Origin: Callorhinchus milii | Lineage: Eukaryota | NCBI RefSeq assembly: GCF_018977255.1 | Contig: NW_024704742.1 | Location: 116,996,001-117,060,000, forward strand | Length of the DNA: 64,000 nucleotides | Direction: 5' to 3' | Shown: one piece after another, positions 1-12,021 of the stretch | Numbering within the stretch: position 1 is the first letter of the stretch | How the letters are laid out: each line of letters starts with the position of its first letter | The notes under the pieces: generated by a model | The model's database searches: none | What the model saw: only the letters and a program-made list of their open reading frames with translations | Told to the model about the DNA's origin: nothing | Translations under genes and position numbers: made by a program

Positions 1-210
1 CCCCGGCCCCTACCCATCCCTCCCTCCACACCGTTGAAACTGTCTCCCACTCCTCTCTCATCATCACCATAACCCGTACGAAACCCACCATCTGCTCCCT
101 TGACCCCATCCCTACCCCTCTCCTTAACCTCCCAGCTCCACCTCCTTGCCCCTCTACTCACTGACATTGTAAACCTCTCCCTGTCCTCTGGTACTGTTCC
201 CACCCCTCCT
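1..210 (+). mobile_element. L2 LINE ORF2 fragment
   Basis: Encodes a KPTICSLDPIPT...LAPLLTDIVNLSLSSG-like segment, homologous to the L2 ORF at 7914-8801. Confidence 0.8.
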
Positions 211-959
211 TTAACTTGACTTTATGGATAATGATGCCTTAAGAGGAAGGAGCTTACAACTACAATGTAATTCTTTAAGCATTTTAAAACTTTGAAGTCA
301 ATTACTAGATTTTTTTTTAAATTCACAGGATATACTGTAAAAACTAGTGGGTATTTTGCTAGTTGGCCTTTAAGGTTCATAGAAGACATCGAAACTGATG
401 GATTGAAAATTATAATCCAATTACTATTAGTTTATTGTATGATAATCTAGTTGATTATAGCTAAACATAATATATAGTATACATAATGCTAAAACCTTCT
501 TCTCCTCTATTGAAATCCTAGTGGGAAAAACTATATCAATATTGATCCACATAGCCCAAGTTAATCTCAGAATCAATTCCTGGTTATTATGCCGTCATTT
601 TATTCCAACTCAGGCAGCCTAAGGATCTAGCGAATAACTAATATCATTGGTAATAATGTTAGCTATTTTTGTAGCCTGATAAGTCCTTTTAAGTTTGTAT
701 TTATCCTATGAATGATGAACTTATGAGGCAGCTCAAATCACAGTATACCTAAACAACCATTTGCATGCAGGATAGCATTTGAACCCTTCACAAACATCAG
801 TTGGACACCCAGAAAAGACCATAAGAACAGTCCAAGAGATAGTGTTTGGGTGGGATTTTAAGGCAGACACGAGAAGAGGCAAGATGGAAGAATAGAGGGA
901 GTTTGAGAGGTTTAGGGGATAGTTGCTGAAGACCTGGGTCACTCTGGTCATCCGAGATT

Positions 960-1120
960 AACAACAGCAACAAGATTACATATGTATAGCGCCTTTCACG
1001 TTGGGAGGACGTCCTAAGGCGCTGGACAAAGTCAGCATTTTAGACCCGAGCTGGGGTTGGGAGGGAGGGGAGGGGAAGCGGGGTGGCAGATGGCATGGTC
1101 GAAGAGGAGTGTCTTGAGGC
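960..1120 (-). mobile_element. L2 3' tail fragment
   Basis: Same 3' stem-loop and (TTG)n-type tail as the other L2 copies. Confidence 0.75.
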
Positions 1121-1345
1121 TTTGATAACCGATAATTGAGTTGATAACCAACCTCATTTGAACAAATAAACACCTGACGCAGTCACTTCATGATAACTGG
1201 GAAAGTATATTGATACAGCAGCAACCAGACTGAGGAGATGACACAAACTACGAGTAAACACAAAGTAGCCCACGAGATGACATCTGACACCAGAGAGGAG
1301 ATAACAGCCAGGAAACCACTCTGGCTGAGTAACACTATGTGGCAA

Positions 1346-1535
1346 TAACAATAATAATCCTTGCATTTGATGTACCACCTTTGCATGTCATTGAGGCGTC
1401 TCAAAGCGCTTCATGAAATAATAATAATAATCCTTGCATTTGATACAGCACCTTATTACGACTTCACGACGTCTCAAAGCGCTTCACAGAATATACTGTA
1501 AAGTGAATTGATTGTATATTTTGTGGGCACAACAA
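1346..1535 (-). mobile_element. Two tandem SINE 3' tails
   Basis: aataataatccttgcatttgat...tctcaaagcgcttca occurs twice in tandem. Confidence 0.75.
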
Positions 1536-1823
1536 AAATACTGTATTTTCTATTATATGTTGAAAAAACAGCTTCACGGGACGATTGGCAACATGACTAA
1601 GCGGGTTTGCTCCTGAATTACACACAGATGGCAGTTACTGGGCAGGTCACACAGTCTCCCCCTCAGCCCCATGGTGCAGACTTGCGTTTTTTTAAAAAAA
1701 GTGATAGTAAGAAAGACTCTGGGAGCAGCAGAGCTCACCGGCATGTGCTCGACGCACCAAGCTTCCGCCATCCCCAGGTCCTCACTGCTTTATCACCTCA
1801 AACGCCAGCGGCCCTTCCCTCAC

Positions 1824-1895
1824 CGTCTTCAAACACGGACTGAGCCGTGTAACCGCCGTTTCCTCCCGGTCTCCAGCCACCAACCGACTGACAGT
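1824..1895 (-). other. Candidate non-coding first exon of a - strand gene
   Basis: Lies just downstream of the CHR/CCAAT promoter on the - strand and ends in donor GACG|GTGAGG at 1824/1823. Confidence 0.45.
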
Positions 1896-2260
1896 TTCAA
1901 ACGGGTCACTTCCCAAAAACGGCCGCTCCTATTGGAGGGACGTGGCTCGATGGCTGCCGCCGATTGGACCGTTTGGTGTTCACGGCGTTGCTGAATTCTG
2001 CACTTCTATTGGTTGCTCCGCTCACTCTCCCCACCCCCCCAACCACCTGCGGTTACCATGGTGGGGGGAGACGCGGGAACGCCGCGTCTGATTGGCTTTC
2101 ATGCTGGTGCCATGTGCGAGTGAAAGCTCGTCTGATTGGCCAGTAGCAAAGCAGTGACTGCAGTGGTCGAGGTGGTGGAGCACGTGGTGTGGTACCTGGC
2201 TGGTGACGTCACCCAGTGAGGCTCTGACAGCAGCTGATCATCAGGAGTTGGTGAGAAGGA
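1890..2260. promoter_or_regulatory. CpG-rich, probably bidirectional promoter
   Basis: Five ATTGG (CCAAT) boxes at 1931, 1963, 2008, 2091, 2135; CHR-like TTTGAA on - strand 1896-1901; E-box CACGTG 2181; CRE GGTGACGTCACC 2202-2213; + strand donor TTG|GTGAGA at 2250; local CpG enrichment. Confidence 0.75.
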
Positions 2261-2423
2261 CTGTACCCCCAGTCTCCTCTCTGGCCAACAATCCTGCAAA
2301 TAAATGTAGTCAATCGCGCCCTGACTGCTTGTGGGACGTTTCTGGGTGCAGTTGGACTGCCACATTCATGCACAAAATAAGACTAATCCTTACATTCGAT
2401 CTTCGAGATATCTCAAAGCGTGC

Positions 2424-2730
2424 GGAGTCCTGTAGCTCAGCGGTTAGAGCACTCGCCTTGCAAGCGAGACACCTGGGCTCAATTCCAGGTCAGGGCCAAA
2501 CCTTGGGCAAGTTTCCTTACTCCACACACCTAATAATAATCCCTCCAAAAACAAACAATAATACGTTGGTCGTCTTCAATCCTCGACTGTTTGTGGGACA
2601 CTGCTGTGCGCAATTGGCGTTTCGCCCACAAACATACAGTCAATTCACTTTACAGTCTATTCTGTGAATTGCTTTGAGACGTCGAGAAGATGTGAAAAGC
2701 GCTATATCAAATGCAAGGATTGTTATTATT
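2424..2730 (+). mobile_element. tRNA-Ala-derived SINE, short form
   Basis: A box tagctcagcgg, anticodon arm ctcgc-cttgcaa-gcgag (TGC), B box, Deu-like core, L2-like tail, (ATT)n. Confidence 0.9.
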
Positions 2731-2890
2731 AAAGTGCTTCACAGAATATACTGTAAAGTGAATTGACTGTATATTTTGTGGGTGAAACGTGGCAGCCAAT
2801 TTGGCACAGCAGCGGCCCACAAACAGTCCTGTTTTGAGTGACCAAATTCTTATTTTTTTTCAAGGGATTATTACCCCCGGAGAAGCGAAG
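2731..2890 (-). mobile_element. SINE fragment, tail-to-tail with the preceding copy
   Basis: Reverse complement of SINE core and 3' part. Confidence 0.75.
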
Positions 2891-2999
2891 TAGTAATAAT
2901 CTTGCCCTTGCCTGGTCGATTCAACAACAACAATAACATTACATTTATAGAGCGCCTTTCAGGTCGGGAGTACGTCCCAAAGTCCTGAAGATTCCTATC

Positions 3000-4480
3000 T
3001 CTCTCACTGTCTCCACTTTGTTGCCTCTAACGGTTTCTCCTCCAGCCCCCACACTGCCACGTCTAGTGTCCCCCAGGGCTCTGTCCTTGGCCCTCTCCTC
3101 TTTAATATCTACATGCTCCCCCTTTGGACATCATCCGCAGACATGGGGTCAACTTCCACATGTATGCGGATGACACCCAACTCTATCTTTCTGCCTCCAC
3201 TCTCAACTCCAGGACCACTGCTGTCCTGACAGACTGCCTGTCGGACACCAAGTCCTGGATGAGGATAAATTTCCTACAGTTGAATGTGAACAAGACTGAG
3301 GACCTCCTGATTGGCTCGCGACAGCGCCTCTGCACCTCAGGCTCTGTTAGCATCAACCTCCATGGTTGCACACTACAACTCACAAAGCCAGTCAGGAACC
3401 TAGGTGTCTTGTTCGACCCTCAACAGTCTTTTCTCCCTCACATTCAAGCCATGACCCGCTCTGCCTTCCCTCACCTCCATAACATCACCCGACTCCACCA
3501 CTACCTCACCCCTCAGGCCACTGAAACTCTTGTTCATGCCTTCATCACCTCCAGGCTCGACTATGCAAACGCCATGCTTGTCGGCCTTCCCAACTCCTCC
3601 CTTCACAGGCTGCAGATAATCCAGAACTCTGCAGCCCGTGTCCTCTCCCGCACCAAACTCCGTGACCCCATCTATCCCACTCTCACCCGACTCTACTGGA
3701 GTCCTGTAGCTCAGTGGTTAGAGCACTCGCTTTGCAAATGAGAGAACTGAGTTCAATTCCAGGTCAGGGCGAAACCTTGGGCAAGTTTCCTTACTCCACA
3801 CGCCTAATAATAATCCCTCCAAAACCAAAAACAATAATAAATTGGTCATATTCAATCTACGACTGTTTGTGGGACATTGCTGTGCGCAATTGGCTGCCGC
3901 GTTCGCCCACAAATATGCAGTCAATTCACTTTACAGTGTGTTCTGTGAAGCACTTTGGGACGTCCTCCCGACATGAAAAGCTCTATATCAAATGCAAGGA
4001 TTATTATTATTATTATTACTCTTATTATTATTAGTGGCTCCCTATCCTTCAGAGGATCCAGTTCAAGATCCTGGTCCTCATCTACAAAGCCCTCCATGGC
4101 CTCGCCTCACCCTACCTCTGCGACCTCCTAACCCCCTACCAACCCGCCCGCTCCCTCCGCTCATTCGGCTCTGGCCTGCTCCACGTCCCCTGACCCACCC
4201 GCCCCACCATTGGTGGGAGAGCCTTCAGCCACTCTGCTCCCAACCTCTGGAATTCCATCCCCAATCACTCCCCATCGCCCTCTCCTTAGCATCTTTCAAG
4301 TCCCGCCTCAAAACCCTCCTCTTTGACCATGCCATCGGTCACCCCCTTTCTCCTCCCCTCCCTTCTTCACCCCCTGACCCAAGCTCGCGTCTGAAATGCT
4401 GTATACTGTCCAACGCCTTGGGACGTCCTCCCGAAGTGAAAGGCGTGATACAAATGTAATCTTGTTGTTGTTGTTGTTGC
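3000..4480 (+). mobile_element. 5'-truncated L2 LINE interrupted by a SINE
   Basis: ORF 3124-3741 has the RT motif HMYADDTQLY and LVHAFITSRLDY; 3' end with stem-loop and (TTG)n at about 4415-4480. Confidence 0.92.
3698..4033 (+). mobile_element. tRNA-Ala SINE, short form, nested in L2
   Basis: Full-length SINE splitting the L2 'LHWLP' coding region. Confidence 0.92.
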
Positions 4481-4489
4481 TGCTAGGCT

Positions 4490-4594
4490 TGTGGAGTGAG
4501 GAAAATTGTCTAGTATGTCGTCCTGCTTGGGTATCGAACCCGGGTCCTCTCGTTTGAGAGATGAGCATGCTAACCAATAAGCTACAGGACTCCA
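4490..4594 (-). mobile_element. SINE tRNA head fragment
   Basis: Reverse complement of ggagtcctgtagct...gttcgatacc head. Confidence 0.7.
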
Positions 4595-4687
4595 CAGGAT
4601 AGTAGACACTCGTTAAACCTGTCGCTTTCCCCGGGGACTCTTTCCACTCAGCTCCCGCTATTCCTACAAGCTAAAGCCCTAACGGGC

Positions 4688-4986
4688 TTGCCAGACAGTG
4701 ATATCAATGACAATCTATGCTGTGTTAGCTGGTTAGACTCCAGGAGTATCCCAACTTGGGGTCCCCAAGCCTTGGTTCTTGCCAATCTTCACCTAATACT
4801 TTCCAGAATTAGGTAAGCAGGACGTGTCCCTCCAGGGAGAGAGTACACATTCCATTCCAGCAATTTATCTCTGGAATTTCCATGTGTAAATGGGTTGCAT
4901 TGAATTCTCAGCTTGGTTTGGATACCCTTAAGCATGGTGATGGGTTTCTGCATGTGTCAGACATACGACTGACCAACAAAAAAAAA
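4688..4986 (+). repeat. Unclassified dispersed repeat, copy 1
   Basis: Shares blocks (ttagctggttaga, cattccattcca, atctctggaatttcc, cttaagcatggtgat, gtcaga...ctgac) with the copies at 12888, 17570 and 24110. Confidence 0.8.
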
Positions 4987-6081
4987 TGCACAATGATAGC
5001 TATGCCAAAAATTAATGAATAGTGCTTTTCCTGTTAAAGTGTTACAAAAATCTGTTGAGTCAATGAAAAAAAATTGAGGTTGAGGCCCCCTTCACTGATT
5101 TAGTTTCAGTGGCATTTTCATGATTTGGCTTTACCTACTTCCAGATTTCTTATTCAAAACGTCTGATCAGAAATACCATAAAAATGAACTCATTAATGAA
5201 ATTCACTGATTATTTCAGTTTGAGTGAATGTTGATCACCTGCTGGAAAATAACACAATTAATAAATTCAGCCTTGTGCCAGGACGGACAGTTAGCACATT
5301 TAATGCACAATTTATCCAAATAAAAGTTTAGACTCATTTGAATCTTTTACAACTTTTTGAGGGACCCTGAAGCCATATCTGAGAGAAAAAATAATTTGTT
5401 TTTCTGTTGATGGTTAAAATAAATGAAAAAAACAAACAAATCTGAAAGTAAAGATTGTAAATAATAAAAGCAGTGTTCTACTGTGAATTTGTTTTACTAT
5501 ATTATGTGTGGTAGCAGCATTAGAAATAGCGTTTAATGTTTGATTAAAAGAAATGTATAAATATTTCCTTTGCAGATATTTATGGAAGCAGGTGGTAGAG
5601 CAGATAAACTGCTCGTCATGGACCTAAATATTAAGGAACTACTATTTGGGTTTCGGGCTTTAGTGCATAAATCCATTTTTTTGTGCCCATAATTCAGCAC
5701 TAGGTGGAACAAAAACTGTCAGTCTTACTCAGCAAAATGTTGTTGTGATGGTATCTTGCCTTTGCTCTTATTCTTGATGTGGGAGTGCTTGATTACTGAC
5801 ACTGGACACCAAAGTGAAAAGACTTGACATCCCTCACCTCAATAAGCACAAAACGTGACTGAAATGGATTGAATAAAATGATAAATATAGGAATCTAAGC
5901 CTTCAGCTTACATAATAAAGATAATGAGTGCAATTTACTCCTCCATAGTCACGATCTGTGACTGTGTATGTAATTGCAGTTTGGGATAAGAGGAGACATC
6001 CAAACATTGTAAGAATACATACAGTCAATCATATAGGACAGCATTTCCCACACACACAGAGCCCTGAACAATGTATTCGCA

Positions 6082-7111
6082 AAAACAACAACAACAAGAT
6101 TCATTTATAGAGTGCCTTTCTTGTCGGGAGGATGTCCCAAGGTGCTGGACAGTTGGGTCAGGACCCGAGCAGGGGGGAAATGGTCAGGGTGAGGGGAGGA
6201 AAGGGAGGGAGCAAGGAGGGGGTAGAGAATCGAGAGGGGAGCTGAAGGCACGGTCGAAGAGAAAGGTCTTGAGACCGGCCTTGAAGGAGGAAAGGGAGGA
6301 GGCGGCGAAGGCACTGGGGGATAGAGTTCCAGAGCCTAGGGGCTGGGAGGCTGAAGGCCCGACCACCGATGGTAGGGTGGTTGGGGCGGGGGACGTGGAG
6401 CAGACCGGAGCCAGAGGAACGGAGGGTACGGGCAGGTAGGTAGGGGGATTGTAGGTCGGAGAGGTAGGAGGGAGCAAGGCCGTGAATGGCCTTGTAGGTG
6501 AGGATGAGGATCTTGATTTCGATCCTCTGGGGGATGGGGAGCCAGTGGAGGCGAGCGAGGGTGGGAGTGATGTGGTCCCGAAGCCTGGTGCGGGACAGTA
6601 CATGAGCTGCAGATTTCTGAATGACCTGCAGCTTGTGGAGGGAGGTGCCGGGAAGACCGGCGAGGAGAGAGTTCCCATAGTCCAGCCTTGAGGTGATAAA
6701 GGCGTGGACCAGAGTTTCAGCAGCGTGAGGGGTGAGGTAGTGCCGTAGTCTGGCGATATTCTGGAGGTGATGGAAGGCGGTGCCAGTTGTGGCGCAGATA
6801 TGAGGAAGAAAGGACAGCTCAGGGTCGAACAGAACCCCGAGGTTCCTGACTGGCTTTGAGAGGTGGAGAGTGCAGCCTTGGATGCTGATGGTGTCAGCGC
6901 CTGAGGTGCGGAGGCGCTGACGTGAGCCAATCAGGAGGGCCTCAATTTTGCGCACGTTGAGCTGAAGAAAGTTGTCTCTCATCCAGGACTCGATGTCGGA
7001 CAGGCAGGCTGTCAGGACATCGGTGGTCATGGAGTTGAGGGTAGAGGAGGAAAGGTAGAGTTGGGTGTCATCCGAATACATGTGAAAGTTAACCCCATGT
7101 CTGCGGATGAT
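6082..7111 (-). mobile_element. Young L2 LINE, 3' part
   Basis: ORF 6158-7180 with HMYSDDTQLY RT motif; intact 3' tail. Confidence 0.93.
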
Positions 7112-7440
7112 AATAATAATAATAATAATAATAATCCTTGCATTTGATATAGCGCTTTTCACGTCGGGAGGACGTCCCAAAGCGCTTCACAGAACACACT
7201 GTAAAGTGAATTGACTGTATATTTGTGGGCGAACGCGGCAGCCAATTGCGCACAGCAATGTCCTACAAACAGTCGTAGATTGAAAATGACCAATTTATTA
7301 TTGTTTTTGGTTTTGGAGGGATTATTATTAGGCTCAGTGTGGAGTAAGGAAACTTGCCCAAGGTTTCACTCTGCCTGGAATTGAACTCAGGTCTCTCGCT
7401 TGCAAAGCGAGTGCTCTAACCACTGAGCTACAAGACTCCA
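7112..7440 (-). mobile_element. tRNA-Ala SINE, short form, full length
   Basis: Near-identical to the other young copies; L2-type ctccc loop. Confidence 0.93.
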
Positions 7441-7994
7441 CAATTATATTGTAATCAATAAAAAGAAATAGCAACAATGCACAACTGGAGAAAACAAGCT
7501 ATACAGTAGATCCTGTAACATAATATAAATTTCATATTGGTCTAAAATTCACTGTACAATTTTGCATGTAAATTACAGCCAACTATTCAAGTTACCTTTA
7601 TTGCTAACAGATGTTCGCACTAAAGATGTGAAGCAGCAGCTTTATGCATCAAACTGTTGAAGACATATGAGGTCATGCAGGCATTTATATAAAACCTTAA
7701 ATTCAGCAAATTGAAGTATGGAGGCAATAACTCATCACTCGCAAGTGTGTTATTGCTAGATATCTATTTCATGATATATACAGAGAAGCTGAGTGGGGAA
7801 AAAAAATACACCTGTTGCATTTAAACACTGATACCATGTTTGCTAACATTTTGGACCTCAAATTCAGCTGTCAAGATAGAAAGATGGAATGAAGAACAAA
7901 TTTTGTTGTTTCATTAGTGAGATTCTGAAAAAACGGTCAGAATGACAAAAAGAACATTAATCATGGCTAAGGCTGAACGATCGGAGCCTGACTC

Positions 7995-8840
7995 GGGGGA
8001 GCATATAGAGGGTGAAGCGGAGGGGACCGAGGACAGAGCCCTGAGGGACACCGTACGACACAGTGCGGGGGCTGGAGGAAAAGTCGTTTGTGAAAATAGA
8101 ATGAAGACGGTGGGAGAGGTACGACCTAAACCACTCAAGGACAGGGCTTTGAAGGTTGAGGTGGGAGGACAAGCGGTGGAGGAGGATAGAGTGGTCGACC
8201 GTATCGAATACGGCCATAGGTCGAGGAGGACGAGGAGGCAGAGGGAGCCCTGGTCGCAGATGGTCAAGATGTCATTGGTGACCTTGACCAGGGCGGTTTC
8301 TGTCTTATGGGCAACACGGAAACCCGACTGAAGAGGTTCGAATAATGAATGGGTGGAGAGGAAAGAGCGCAGCTGGGAGGTGACGACTTTTTCGAGAACC
8401 TTGGACAGGAAGTGGAGGTTGGAGACGGGCCGGTAGCTTGATAGCTGCGACGCATTAAGGGAAGATTTTTTCAAAGTAGGAGTGATGGTGGCAGTTTTTA
8501 GGGGAATGGGAACAGAGCCAGAGGAGAGGGGCAGGTTGATGATGTCTGTGAGAAGTGGGGCAAGGAGGTAGAGCTGGGAGATAAGGAGTGGAGTGGGGAT
8601 GGGGTCAAGGGAGCAGGTGGTGGGTTTCAGGGACAGGATGAGGTTGGTGACAGAGGGTGGGGAAACGGGTTCGAAGGTGTGTAGGGGAGGATGGGTAGGA
8701 GTCGGAGTGTGGGAGGGAAGGGTTGGGGGGTGGGTGGAAGTTGGAGGGGCAGTGACCGTGGAGCGGATTCCCTTGATTTTGGATTCAAGGAAATCCAGCA
8801 TCTCCTCGCAGTGAAGGTTGGAGGAGATGACCTGCGCGGG
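7995..8840 (-). mobile_element. L2 LINE, upstream part of the 6082-7111 copy
   Basis: ORF 7914-8801 (YRPVSNL, QSGFR, TETALVKV) and [10 protein letters not shown]; ends 8 bp short of where 7111 resumes. Confidence 0.9.
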
Positions 8841-9454
8841 GTGGCAGATTTTGTATTCAAATCAAAATAAAAAACAAAGCAAAAGATGCTTTGAACATGA
8901 GCCCACAATGCTATGGTATTTACGAGGCACTAAAAATACAATTAGCATCTCTAAGGATAAATAAATTGAAAAGAGAAACAAATAACCTACATTTTCAATA
9001 TGAAACAGAAGAATGGAACAATAAGGAACACGTCTGATGAATTTACAAAGATCACACAGACATTTTGTGATACACAACAGCAAGATAGATACACATCCCT
9101 TTCATTCCAAATTAACTTACCACGGTTTACTTCAGTGCTTTATTTGGACTGAAGAGAGCAGCTAAACAGTGAAACATACAACATGGCATCAAAAGCTGAT
9201 AGTGATGAAAATGAACATGTGCAACATTGCACAGAAAGAGAGACACGAATAGAAGCAAAATCTGAGCCTAGGGATACAAGGACAATAAAACTTATGGTAT
9301 ATAAAATGGGCAGCCTGAAACACTGAGCCAGGACATGTTCACAAGTTCTGTGTATAAAAAAAAGGCCAAGTTTTCATCTTAAACTTGGCAAATACTGAAA
9401 CACCAAAGACGGGAAAGATTGGTCCAACATACTTTGTGCCTCATGTGAAATAAA

Positions 9455-9740
9455 TAACAACAACAACAACAACTTGGATTTATATAGCGCCCTCCACCCC
9501 GGACGGCATCTCAGAGCGCTTCACAGCAACGGATCCCGGGATCGAGCCAGGGGGTGGAAGGTGACCACAGGCGCGGTCGAAAAGAAAGGTCTTCAGCAGA
9601 GACCTGAAAATAGGAAGGGAGGGAGCGAGGTGAAGGGAGTGAGGAAGGGAGCTCCAGAGCATCGGGGCATAGTGGCTGAAGGCATGGCTGCCGAGGGTGG
9701 AGCGGAGGACTCGGGGACAAGGAGGAGGCCAACTTGGAGG
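9455..9740 (-). mobile_element. Second L2 subfamily (here L2b), 3' end
   Basis: Distinct tail gcgctctgagatgccgtccggggtggagggcgct plus (TTG)n; homologous to 27277-27708. Confidence 0.85.
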
Positions 9741-10141
9741 AACGAAGGCAGGAAATACCAGGAAATACTGTATGGTTGTCCTATACAATGGTACAAAAGG
9801 CAAATAGAAATATGTAATGTCTTCCTAACCTTTGTAACAACTTAGAATTATCAAAACATTGAAATGGGAGTTGGACAAAAGAGGAGTGCTATACAATGGC
9901 ATGGGTAAAGAGCAGGGCTTTGGATCTAGGCTTCAGGGAAGAAGCGTGAATGCATATGTGTCCTTATTTATAAAGTTAATATCTATTGTAAAGGGATACA
10001 ACATCAACTTCCTTGAATCCTTTTCATTGGTTGTTTTTACTTTTATATTTAAGGATAACCTGAATTCCCTCTGGCCACATTCACTATGATTGCACACAAT
10101 TAAGCCAAGTTGCAATTTTTGTTAATCCAACACACAAATTG

Positions 10142-10288
10142 AATGCAAAATACTACAGGTGCTGGAAATCTGAAACAAAAACAGAAGTCGTTCAGCAGGT
10201 CAGGCAGCATCTATGGAGAAAGGAAAGTGAGTCAACGTTTCTGGTCCATAACCCTTCTTCAGAACTGACGAAGGGTCGTGGACCCGAA
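10142..10288. mobile_element. Penelope-like terminal fragment with inverted hammerhead motifs
   Basis: Flanked by 10-bp direct repeat ACACAAATTG (10132-10141, 10289-10298); homologous to 36415-36556; family assignment from recalled similarity and the hammerhead motif. Confidence 0.7.
10230..10266 (-). ncRNA. Minimal type I hammerhead ribozyme motif
   Basis: - strand AGUU-CUGAAGA-AGGGUUAUGGACCA-GAAA-CGUU-GACU: both core boxes, stem II, stem I AGUU/GACU. Confidence 0.6.
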
Positions 10289-10290
10289 AC
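10265..10290 (+). ncRNA. Truncated hammerhead ribozyme core
   Basis: CUGACGA-A-GGGUC-GUG-GACCC-GAAAC with a perfect 5-bp stem II; truncated by the element end. Confidence 0.5.
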
Positions 10291-11361
10291 ACAAATTGGA
10301 CCCTGGGATCTCATAAGATTGAGCTTGTTTTGGCTAGAAGAATATGAAATAGAGAATATGAAGTCAAAATTTGCAGCTTTACATCAACTAAAGTATTGTG
10401 AAAAGCAGTCAATATTTATCAATAGCTTGAGGGAGGTGAATGTTCATTTGGTGAATATGACTGTATCACTGTTTGATAATATCATATGCTGCAATTTTGA
10501 CCCCAATTTTCCGTTCACAGCAATTCTGTTACTGACATTTGCAAACAAGTCTATCTATATTCCTCCTATAGCTCTGCTGGATAACCTATGGCTCTGAAGG
10601 TTTCTTCAGTCCTGAACCTCTGTACCATCAGGTTTCAGGCAATGATTAAAGAGGTATCCTGCAGTCTATCATGTATCCAGGAGGTCTTGCTTCAGTGCTA
10701 ATGAGAGTTTCCGCAATACACCTATTTCTAGAAAGGTCAGAAGCCCCAGGTACCTGCTCAGCAAAGGTTCTATTCTATAACCAGGTATACAAGTGTTCCA
10801 GCTGTACTTGACTACACATGCATGTGACATATATGTACCTAAATGAATGAAGGTGTAACATTGTAACATTGTATGAGCATGAAGATAGTTAATAATGTGC
10901 AAAATATTATAACCTGCCATACCCACCACCTATGATCAAAATTTATAGCAGAATAACCCTTCAGACGTAACATTGGTGGAGTGGAACCAACTTCGGCTAC
11001 AGTTTGTAAAAAACGACGAAAATAGAAGTTCAAATACAAATATAGGCAATGTATATGATGCAAATAGACAATTTAGGTCCTATACCGATGCAACCCCAAC
11101 CAACTTCCAACTAAAACGAGTTTAAGATCAAGGGATGGCTTCAGTATATCAGATTCAGTTAACAAACAGTTAAGTGCTCTGCTACCCTATGAGAAGGGCA
11201 CTAATTAAGTGCAAGTTGTTGTTACAGACAAAGTTGGGTTCATTATTCTGCAAGTGACCAAATGGTGACTAGCATCTTGGGGTGGGGGGGAGTGCGGAGC
11301 AGGACATTTGGAGCTGAATTGGCTTCAAGGTGGCATGGTTTGGCAACGGAATGTCAGAATA

Positions 11362-11947
11362 AACAACAACCACAACAACAACAAGATTCCATTTATAAAG
11401 CGCCTTTCACGTCGGGAGGACGTCCCAAGGCGCTGCACAGTTGGGTCATGACCCGAGCAGGGGGGAAATGGTCAGGGTGAGGGAGGGAAGGGAGGGAGCG
11501 AGGAGGGGGGAAATGGTCAGGGTGAGGGGAGGGAAGGGAGGGAGCGAGCGAGGAGGGGGAAGAGAGTCGAGAGGGGAGCTGAAGGCACGGTCAAAGAGAA
11601 AGGTTTTGAGACCGGCCTTGAAGGAGGAGAGGGAGGAAGCAAGGCGAAGGCACTGGGGGATAGAGTTCCAGAGCCTCGGGGCTGAGAGGCTGAAGGCCCG
11701 ACCACCGATGGTAGGGCGATTGGGGCGGGGGACGTGGAGCAGACCGGAGCCGGAGGAACGGAGGGTACGGGCAGGTAGGTAGGGGGATAGTAGGTTGGAG
11801 AGGTAGGAGGGAGCAAGGCCGTGAATGGCCTTGTAGGTGAGGATGAGGATCTTGAAATCAATCCTCTGGGGGATGGGGAGCCAGTGGAGGCGAGCGAGGG
11901 TGGGATTGATGTGGTCCCGAAGCCTGGTGCGGGACAGTACATGAGCC
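11362..11947 (-). mobile_element. Young L2 3' fragment
   Basis: ORF 11446-11949 (LHWLPIPQRIDFKILILTYK); short tandem duplication in the 3' UTR at about 11459-11554. Confidence 0.9.
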
Positions 11948-12021
11948 AACCCATTGTGGCTGTCTCAGTAGTCTACCTCCTGAGTCACGCAGGTCTGCAG
12001 TATTCCAGACCACTGCTGATG

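Noticed and set aside
2424..2500. tRNA-Ala(TGC) gene
   Set aside because: Acceptor stem does not pair and the sequence continues into a SINE body in about 20 copies; these are SINE heads, not tRNA genes
6158..7180. 340-aa ORF as a host gene or novel RT system
   Set aside because: Truncated L2 ORF2 whose start lies in an adjacent SINE tail; YADD altered to YSDD
10839..11063. ORF with coding-like stretch RRFLQTVAEVGSTPPMLRLKGY
   Set aside because: No recognisable homology and no convincing acceptor
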